Positions 57,586 to 64,000 of a stretch of DNA of 64,000 nucleotides are shown here, piece by piece. This stretch comes from Minisyncoccota bacterium (GTDB taxonomy: Bacteria > Patescibacteriota > Minisyncoccia > Phycocordibacterales > UBA9973). Location of the stretch: contig JBAZKU010000001.1 of the NCBI GenBank assembly GCA_041650615.1, forward strand, positions 23,385 to 87,384. Reading direction: 5' to 3'. The notes beneath the pieces are model-generated. The model searched no databases, was not told the DNA's origin, and saw only the letters and a program-made list of their open reading frames with translations. The translations under genes were made by a program, and so were the position numbers. Position 1 is the stretch's first letter, and each line of letters opens with the position of its first letter.

Positions 57586-57590
57586 CTTAT

Positions 57591-59273
57591 ATGGAATCCA
57601 GTGAAATTAGATCAAGATTTTTAAAATTTTTTGAGGCCCGTGGGCATAAAATAATACCATCTTCTTCTTTAATTCCCGAAAATGATCCTTCGGTTCTTTT
57701 TACCACTGCCGGGATGCAACAATTTAAAAAATATTACACCAATCCAAAAGAGGCGGAAAAAGATTTTGGCAGTTTGAATGTGGTTACTGTTCAAAAATGC
57801 GTGCGTACCGGAGATATTGATGAAGTTGGCGATTCTTCACACCTGACATTTTTTGAAATGTTGGGTAATTTTTCTTTTGGCGGATATGGCAGGCGCGAAG
57901 CGATAGGGTACGCCTATGATTTTATTGTTAAAGAACTTGGTTTGGAAATTTCTTATGTGACAGTTTATAAAGGAAGCAAGAATGTCCCAAAAGATGAGGA
58001 ATCAGAAAAAATTTGGGAAGAAATTGGAATTAAAAATATTAAAGAAGAAGGGGAAGATGTGTTTTGGGGTCCGACAGGGGATTCCGGTCCTTGTGGTCCG
58101 ACCACAGAAATATATTGCAAAAATGCAAACGGTGAAGATGTTGAAACTTGGAACATTGTTTTTAATGAATATTTTTGCGATGGTTCTCGCGAAAAGCTGG
58201 ATAAAGGCGAAGCGGCCCTTAAAAAATTAGATATATTGGGTGTTGATACGGGGATGGGACTTGAACGCTTAGTTTCCATCGTGCAAAGAAAGAAAAATGT
58301 TTATGACACTGATTTATTTAATAACGAAAAAACTAAAGAAGAACGCATTGTGGCAGACCATGTTAAATCAGCCCTTTTTGTGATTTCGGACGGAGTAATT
58401 CCTTCAAATACTGGTCGTGGCTATGTATTAAGAAGATTAATTCGTCGTGCGGTAAGATTTTCAAAAGAATCATTAAATAATAAAATTAGTGAAATTAAAA
58501 ATATATATAAGGGTATTTATAATTTAGATGATAAAGAGATAATCAAGGAAGAGGAAGAGAAGTTTAAAAAAACATTAGATGATGGTTTAAGAATAATAGA
58601 TAAGACTGTAAATAAATCAGATATCAGTCTCTCAGCTAAATTCTTTTTCGATTTATATCAGACACACGGGTTTCCTTTTGAACTAGCAATTGAAGAAATT
58701 AATAAAAGAAGAAAACTATCCCTACCTAATGATATAAAAGATCATTTTAATAAATTGTTTGAAGAACACCAAAAGCTTTCACAAACTGCTTCCGCCGGAA
58801 TGTTTAAGGGCGGGTTGGCAGGTACAGGAGAAATGGAAATAAAATACCATACGGCGACGCATTTATTAAATGCGGCGTTGCGGATTGTCCTTGGTAATCA
58901 CGTTATTCAGAAGGGAAGCAATATTAATACGGAACGATTGCGTTTTGATTTTTCTCATCCGCAAAAAATGACCGAAGAAGAAAAGAAAAAAGTGGAAGAA
59001 ATAGTAAATGACAAAATTGCTGAAAAATTACCCGTTAGTTTTGTGGAAATGCCTAAAGTTGAGGCGGAAAAAATTGCCCTTCATTCTTTTAATGAAAAAT
59101 ATGGCGATATAGTAAAAGTTTACTTCATAGGAGATGAAAAAACGGGTTATTTTAGCAGAGAATTTTGTGGAGGTCCGCATGTGAAAAATACTTCTGAATT
59201 GGGTCATTTTAAAATTCAAAAAGAGGAAGCAGTTTCAGCCGGGGTCAGACGGATAAAAGCCATACTTGAATAG
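57591..59273 (+). CDS. alaS: alanine--tRNA ligase (short form: catalytic domain plus HxxxH editing region, no C-terminal extension)
   Basis: N-terminal IRSRFLKFFEARGHKIIPSSSLIPENDPSVLFTTAGMQQFK and HTATHLLNAALR editing-domain motif. Confidence 0.75.
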   Translation: MESSEIRSRFLKFFEARGHKIIPSSSLIPENDPSVLFTTAGMQQFKKYYTNPKEAEKDFGSLNVVTVQKCVRTGDIDEVGDSSHLTFFEMLGNFSFGGYGRREAIGYAYDFIVKELGLEISYVTVYKGSKNVPKDEESEKIWEEIGIKNIKEEGEDVFWGPTGDSGPCGPTTEIYCKNANGEDVETWNIVFNEYFCDGSREKLDKGEAALKKLDILGVDTGMGLERLVSIVQRKKNVYDTDLFNNEKTKEERIVADHVKSALFVISDGVIPSNTGRGYVLRRLIRRAVRFSKESLNNKISEIKNIYKGIYNLDDKEIIKEEEEKFKKTLDDGLRIIDKTVNKSDISLSAKFFFDLYQTHGFPFELAIEEINKRRKLSLPNDIKDHFNKLFEEHQKLSQTASAGMFKGGLAGTGEMEIKYHTATHLLNAALRIVLGNHVIQKGSNINTERLRFDFSHPQKMTEEEKKKVEEIVNDKIAEKLPVSFVEMPKVEAEKIALHSFNEKYGDIVKVYFIGDEKTGYFSREFCGGPHVKNTSELGHFKIQKEEAVSAGVRRIKAILE

Positions 59274-59288
59274 TTTTTATGGTATAAT

Positions 59289-60470
59289 TTGCACATGAGA
59301 GTCTTTTCTAAGCAAAAAGAAGAAAAGGAAACAGTATTGGTTTTTGATATAGGATCTTCTTCTGTCGGAGGTGCGCTTTTTGAAACGCAAAAATCAGGAA
59401 TTCCCAAAATAATTTTTTCTATTCGTGAACCAATAATCCTGGAAGAGAAAATTGATACTGACAGATTTTTATTCTTAACCTTAAAATCGCTTGATATAGT
59501 AACCGAAAAAATATGCAAAAGGGGCGCAGGAAAACCATCCAGAATTTTCTGTGTTCTTTCATCGCCTTGGTATGCTTCTCAAACCAGAATTATTAAATTT
59601 GAAAAAAATACGCCTTTTTTATTCAGCCCAAAACTTGCCGACGACTTGATCAAAAAAGAAATAAATCTTTTTGAAGAAGAACATTTGGCTAAATTTTCAC
59701 AAACTGATAGCAAAATTCGTCCGATTGAATTTAAAAACATAAAAACTACATTAAATGGCTATGTGACCTCTGATCCTTTCAATAAAAAAGTTAAAAGACT
59801 TGAGATGATTATTTTTATTTCAATGAGCGGGGAGAAAATATTGGGGAAAATAGAAGATATAATATTTAAGCATTTTCATTCCAAAGATATAAAATTTTTT
59901 TCTTTCGCTATGGCATCTTTTGCTGTGGCCCGGGGCATGTTTGTTAAACAAGAGGATTTTCTTTTAGTTGATATTAGCGGGGAAGTAACAGATATTTCCA
60001 TAATAAAGAAAGATATCCTTAGTAATTCTATTTCATATCCCTTAGGTCCGAATTTTATAATACGTAAGGTGGCAAAAAGCCTAAATTGCACCTTAAGTGA
60101 AGCAAAATCTTTTATTTCCCTTTATAAAGATGAACATGCAATAATGTCCGTCAAGAAAAAACTTGAGCCGATTATGGAGAAATTAAAAAAGGAATGGCTG
60201 GCTGGATTTCAAGAATCTTTAGTCAATCTTTCAAATGATATTTCTGTTCCTTCAACTATTTTTGTAACAGTAGACCAGGAATTAGCCGATTTCTTTGGAG
60301 ATATTATTAAAACTGACCGATTTAGCCAATTCACTTTGACTGAATCTGAATTTAAAATTATTTTTTTAGGCGCAGAGATGTTCCATAATATTACAGCTTT
60401 TAAAAATAACGTAAATCGTGACCCATTTCTTATGATTGAATCCATTTTCATTAATCGTTTTATTTGTTAA
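59289..60470 (+). CDS. hypothetical protein, possible actin-like ATPase fold (FtsA/PilM-like)
   Basis: N-terminal VLVFDIGSSSVGGALFE resembles the phosphate-1 motif of the actin/ASKHA fold; weak. Confidence 0.25.
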   Translation: MHMRVFSKQKEEKETVLVFDIGSSSVGGALFETQKSGIPKIIFSIREPIILEEKIDTDRFLFLTLKSLDIVTEKICKRGAGKPSRIFCVLSSPWYASQTRIIKFEKNTPFLFSPKLADDLIKKEINLFEEEHLAKFSQTDSKIRPIEFKNIKTTLNGYVTSDPFNKKVKRLEMIIFISMSGEKILGKIEDIIFKHFHSKDIKFFSFAMASFAVARGMFVKQEDFLLVDISGEVTDISIIKKDILSNSISYPLGPNFIIRKVAKSLNCTLSEAKSFISLYKDEHAIMSVKKKLEPIMEKLKKEWLAGFQESLVNLSNDISVPSTIFVTVDQELADFFGDIIKTDRFSQFTLTESEFKIIFLGAEMFHNITAFKNNVNRDPFLMIESIFINRFIC

Positions 60471-60479
60471 AATATAATT

Positions 60480-61766
60480 ATGCCAAGAAATTTACTTCAA
60501 GACATGGTAAAGGTAAAAAATCCTAGACCTACGTTTATAAAGGGGAGAGAGAGACCTGTTCGCAATACTTTTGATGTAACTAGCTTAGGCGAGAAAGAAA
60601 AAGTTCCCAGTGAAAAAAAGCCAAGTAATAAAGGGCCTAAATATAGGATTTATTTTGTTGCCTTAATCTCTGTTGTATTTCTTCTTTTTGCTCTCTCTTT
60701 TTTATTTTCCAAGGCAAAAATTACTATTATTCCCGAAGTAAAAGAAATACCTTTGAGTAATGAAAATCTATCCGCCGTTAAAGACTTAAGTACGCAAGAT
60801 TTGTCTTTTGATCTAGTAATGATTCCGGGGGAAGAAAATAAGACGATTCAAGGAGGGGAAGTGAAAGAGGTAGCAATTGCAGCTACGGGTACAGTAATGA
60901 TTTACAATGCCTATAGTTCTTCTCCGCAGAATCTTGATATAGATACCCGTTTAGAAGGTTCAAATGGAAAAATTTATAAAACAAATAAAAAAATAACCGT
61001 ACCGGGTATGGTAAAAGACAAGCCTGGAAGTGTTGAAGTTGGTATTTACGGAGCGGGGCCCGGAGAAGAATATAATAGCGCTCCGCTTGATTTTAAAATT
61101 TTTGGTTTCAAGGGGACACCTAAATATTCTAAATTTTACGGCAGGTCAAAAGGAGAAATAACCGGCGGATTTACGGGAAAATCTCCGGTTGTGTCCGAGT
61201 TAGATAAAACAATTGCGGCAAGTGAACTTAAAACAACCCTTCAAGCTAATTTATTAAAAAAAGTAACAAGCCAAATTCCGGATGGATTTGTTTTATTCAA
61301 AAATGCCGTATTTACCAATATTGATGAAAAAAATGTTAACTCTACTCTTAATGAAGATAATACGGTTTTAGTAAGTATAAAGGGTACACTTTATGGATTT
61401 ATTTTTGATGAAAAAAAACTGACAAAAAAAATAGCCCAGGATATTATTGATAAATATGACGGAAGCGAAGTTTATATACCAAATATTCAAGATTTAACTT
61501 TCTCCTTGGCTGATAAAGATAACATTTCTTTTGCGGATGTAAAAAGCATAAACTTCAGTTTATCAGGCACTCCTAAAATTGTTTGGAAAGTGGATGAAGC
61601 GAAATTTATTTCTGATCTCTTAGGTAAAAGGAAAACCGATTTCAATCAGGTTCTGGCGCAATATCCAAGCATTGATACCGCGCAACTGGTAATTCGTCCT
61701 TTTTGGAAAGCTTCTTTTCCTGACAAAAACAGCGGTTTCGAAATCATCGTAGATTATCCGAAATAA
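60480..61766 (+). CDS. hypothetical membrane-anchored protein
   Basis: Single TM helix near residue 55; no recognisable domain. Confidence 0.3.
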   Translation: MPRNLLQDMVKVKNPRPTFIKGRERPVRNTFDVTSLGEKEKVPSEKKPSNKGPKYRIYFVALISVVFLLFALSFLFSKAKITIIPEVKEIPLSNENLSAVKDLSTQDLSFDLVMIPGEENKTIQGGEVKEVAIAATGTVMIYNAYSSSPQNLDIDTRLEGSNGKIYKTNKKITVPGMVKDKPGSVEVGIYGAGPGEEYNSAPLDFKIFGFKGTPKYSKFYGRSKGEITGGFTGKSPVVSELDKTIAASELKTTLQANLLKKVTSQIPDGFVLFKNAVFTNIDEKNVNSTLNEDNTVLVSIKGTLYGFIFDEKKLTKKIAQDIIDKYDGSEVYIPNIQDLTFSLADKDNISFADVKSINFSLSGTPKIVWKVDEAKFISDLLGKRKTDFNQVLAQYPSIDTAQLVIRPFWKASFPDKNSGFEIIVDYPK

Positions 61767-61833
61767 ATTTATAGATTTATTAACGTTAAAATATTGACCT
61801 ATAGTTATAAATTTAGTATGATGAGTTATCTCA

Positions 61834-62100
61834 ATGAGTGACCCAAAAAACGAAAAAATATTAATGGCAAGGGGAGTGGTGACCGAATCACTACCCTCTA
61901 CTTTGTTTAGGGTAAAAATACCTGTCCGCAATGCTTCGCAAAGCGATACAGGCGGGGAAGATAAAGAAGAAGAAAAAGAAATTTTGGCATATCTTTCGGG
62001 GAAAATGCGCATGCATCGGATTAAAGTTTTAATCGGGGATTCGGTGGAAGTCGTACTGGATTCCTATGGTGGAAAAGGAAGAATAGTAAAAAGGTTGTAA
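61834..62100 (+). CDS. infA: translation initiation factor IF-1 with internal insert
   Basis: MARGVVTESLPSTLFRVKIPV...YLSGKMRMHRIKVLIGDSVEV S1-like IF-1 core; acidic insert DTGGEDKEEEKE. Confidence 0.65.
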   Translation: MSDPKNEKILMARGVVTESLPSTLFRVKIPVRNASQSDTGGEDKEEEKEILAYLSGKMRMHRIKVLIGDSVEVVLDSYGGKGRIVKRL

Positions 62101-62220
62101 TTTTTTTAAGGATGGTGTATCATATTAATTACGGTTTATAAAAAGTTAAAAACACTGAAAAATAAGGGTTTTTCCCTTGTTTTTGTCTTGTTTTGATAAA
62201 GTTTGCCCCGTTTTTATTCT

Positions 62221-62331
62221 ATGCGAGTCAGATCAACCATAAAAAAAATATGTGATAACTGTAAAATGGTAAAACGCCAAAGACATTTGCGCGTTATTTG
62301 TTCTAATCCGAAACATAAGCAAAAACAATAA
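62221..62331 (+). CDS. rpmJ: 50S ribosomal protein L36
   Basis: 36-aa ORF not in the supplied track: [36 protein letters not shown] with the C-x2-C-x12-C-x4-H zinc ribbon. Confidence 0.8.
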   Translation: MRVRSTIKKICDNCKMVKRQRHLRVICSNPKHKQKQ

Positions 62332-62333
62332 TT

Positions 62334-62714
62334 ATGAGAATTCTTGGAATAACAGTACCAGACGAAAAAAGACTCGAGATTGGTTTGACAGTCCTATTTG
62401 GTGTTGGTATTTCGACTGCCAGAAAAATTTTAAAACAAGTCAGTATAGATGTCGGGAAAAAGGCAAAAGATCTCACGCCTGACGAGGAAAATAAAATTCG
62501 CACTATAATTGAAAGTATGAAAATTGAAGGGAACTTAAAAAGAGAAATTGCCGGCAATATAAAAAGATTAAAAGACATAAAAACTTACCGAGGTATCAGA
62601 CATATGAAAAGATTACCAGTCAGGGGGCAGCGAACAAAAAGTAATTCCAGGACTGTCAGAGGCAATGTAAGAAAAACAATGGCATCAGGTAAGAGAAAAG
62701 AAAGTAAGACATAA
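62334..62714 (+). CDS. rpsM: 30S ribosomal protein S13
   Basis: MRILGITVPDEKRLEIGLTVLFGVGISTARKIL N-terminal S13 signature. Confidence 0.85.
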   Translation: MRILGITVPDEKRLEIGLTVLFGVGISTARKILKQVSIDVGKKAKDLTPDEENKIRTIIESMKIEGNLKREIAGNIKRLKDIKTYRGIRHMKRLPVRGQRTKSNSRTVRGNVRKTMASGKRKESKT

Positions 62715-62725
62715 TAATTAAAAAA

Positions 62726-63199
62726 ATGGCAAAGACAAAACTTACAACTAAACCAGCTGAAGAAGTAAAAACAGAAATTACTCCAAAACTTGCCTCGACA
62801 GTAGGCGGAGAGGGAGAAGTGAAGGCGGCTGTCATAAAAACACCTAGGAAAAAAATAACCTCTGGAATTTTATTTGTTGATGCGACTTTTAATAATACCA
62901 AAGTTCTTTTTGGAGATAAATTAGGAAATACATTATTTTGGTCAAGTGCAGGAACGCTTGGTTTCAGAGGAGCAAAAAAGGGGACTCCCTTTGCCGCTTC
63001 CAAGGTGGGTGATTTAATTGGTGATAAAGCAGTTGCGCTTGGAGTAAAAGATTCAGGCGTAGTAGTACGAGGTGTCGGATCCGGACGTGAACCAGCTATT
63101 AGAGCATTTATGGCTCATGGTATAGAGATAACTTCCATTAAAGATGCTACCCCAGTGCCTCACAACGGACCAAAAGCCAAAAAGCCAAGACGAGTATAA
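62726..63199 (+). CDS. rpsK: 30S ribosomal protein S11
   Basis: ATFNNTKVLFGDKLGN...AGTLGFRGAKKGTPFAA S11 core with N-terminal extension. Confidence 0.85.
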   Translation: MAKTKLTTKPAEEVKTEITPKLASTVGGEGEVKAAVIKTPRKKITSGILFVDATFNNTKVLFGDKLGNTLFWSSAGTLGFRGAKKGTPFAASKVGDLIGDKAVALGVKDSGVVVRGVGSGREPAIRAFMAHGIEITSIKDATPVPHNGPKAKKPRRV

Positions 63200-63214
63200 T
63201 TTTTACATAACAAT

Positions 63215-63820
63215 ATGATATCAAAACCAAAATTTAAAATAGGAAGAAGATTAGGGGCCGGGGTATACGACAAATGTCAAACTCCCAAGTTTTCAGCCTC
63301 TTCGGGAAAATTTGCAGGTCCTGGCGCGCGTCGTCCAAAAGCTTTATCTGAATACGGAACGCAACTTATTGAAAAGCAAAAAATTCGTTTTTCTTATGGA
63401 ATTACAGAACGTCAGCTTGCAAATTATGTTAAAAAAGCTTCTCATATTAAGGGTGCAGGCACTGCTGAGAAATTTTACGAAGAGCTTGAATCTCGCTTGG
63501 ATAATGTAATTTATAGAATGGGGCTTGCTCCAAGCAGACGGGCCGCCAGACAAATGGTTTCTCACGGGCATTTCGTTGTAAATAATCATAGAGTTACTAT
63601 TCCTTCCTATGAAGTACAGCCCAAAGATGTCATAAAAATTCGTGAAGGATCTAAGGTTAAGAAAATTTTTTACAATTTGGCTGAGAGAATTAAAGATTAC
63701 AATCCGCCGTCTTGGCTTTCTTTTGATGCAAGTAAGATGGAAGGAAATATTTTAGCTAAGCCCAAAAATACCGAGACTTTCCTTGATTTGAATGCTGTTC
63801 TGGAATTTTACAGCCGTTAA
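63215..63820 (+). CDS. rpsD: 30S ribosomal protein S4
   Basis: S4 N-terminal region and S4 RNA-binding domain (RLDNVIYRMGLAPSRRAARQMVSHGHFVVNNHRV). Confidence 0.85.
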   Translation: MISKPKFKIGRRLGAGVYDKCQTPKFSASSGKFAGPGARRPKALSEYGTQLIEKQKIRFSYGITERQLANYVKKASHIKGAGTAEKFYEELESRLDNVIYRMGLAPSRRAARQMVSHGHFVVNNHRVTIPSYEVQPKDVIKIREGSKVKKIFYNLAERIKDYNPPSWLSFDASKMEGNILAKPKNTETFLDLNAVLEFYSR

Positions 63821-63891
63821 CATTATCAATTTATTATCCGCCGTCGGCGGGACGAGTATTATTAAGTTTAAAAGTAACTTTTTATAAAATT

Positions 63892-64000
63892 ATGCCTGAA
63901 TATAAAATAATTATGCCTTCTAAACCTCGTGCTGTTTTAGAAGAAGAAAATAAAGGGATATTTGAAATAGACGGTTTGTATCCCGGATACGGCCATACTT
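63892..64000 (+). CDS. rpoA: DNA-directed RNA polymerase alpha subunit, 3'-truncated at the window edge
   Basis: MPEYKIIMPSKPRAVLEEENKGIFEIDGLYPGYGHT aligns with the RpoA N-terminus (..KPR.V.IE......A...L.PLERGFGHT). Confidence 0.6.
   Translation, partial: MPEYKIIMPSKPRAVLEEENKGIFEIDGLYPGYGHT

Overview
This is a 64-kb chromosomal window from an AT-rich bacterium with reduced genes that look typical of Candidate Phyla Radiation (Patescibacteria) genomes. It carries small housekeeping genes, few Shine-Dalgarno sequences, a lone 16S rRNA gene and many small membrane proteins. Protein genes I can identify include secA, gyrA, clpB, typA, infB-rbfA, rpsA, murE-murD-murC, rarA, rnj, ddl, mnmA, a short alaS, mltG, and an infA-rpmJ-rpsM-rpsK-rpsD-rpoA block. 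RNA genes are one 16S rRNA not followed by a 23S gene and six tRNAs: Pro-CGG, Leu-TAG, Lys-CTT, Cys-GCA, Leu-TAA and Tyr-GTA. The most unusual signals are these.
- A family of bipartite inverted repeats has seven copies, with the consensus [ATGRA]CCCGTTAGARAT, a 50-100 nt variable spacer, then ATYTCTAACGGG|ATG. The distal arm ends exactly at the start codon of the downstream gene, which is mostly an envelope or surface gene. The proximal arm carries a direct duplicate of that start codon.
- A candidate cobalamin riboswitch with its own terminator controls an operon of a DUF4430 protein and a secreted alpha/alpha-toroid repeat protein. Together these resemble a split transcobalamin-like B12-capture pair.
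- A 24-nt GC-rich unit, CCCGCCTAGACTCGGCGAGGCTGG, is inserted in the same frame and orientation inside ddl, secA and typA. Other GC-rich, hairpin-rich in-frame inserts sit in mnmA, murD and a cysteine desulfurase gene.
- A tandem array of five divergent VirB2/TrbC-like small pilin-like paralogs is present, each preceded by its own inverted repeat.
- A REP-associated tyrosine transposase (RAYT) is flanked by near-identical REP hairpins.
- A 39-nt palindrome family, CCCCCACACTTATTTT..AAAATAAGTGTGGGGG, has four copies. One is split by a 101-nt insert and one lies in a divergent promoter region.
- The 16S rRNA has an expanded helix and a 3' end with no recognisable CCUCC anti-Shine-Dalgarno.
- A duplicate of the tRNA-Tyr 3' end lies 155 bp from that tRNA, resembling an att-site scar.
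All functional calls are from motif-level reading of the translations and carry the stated uncertainty.
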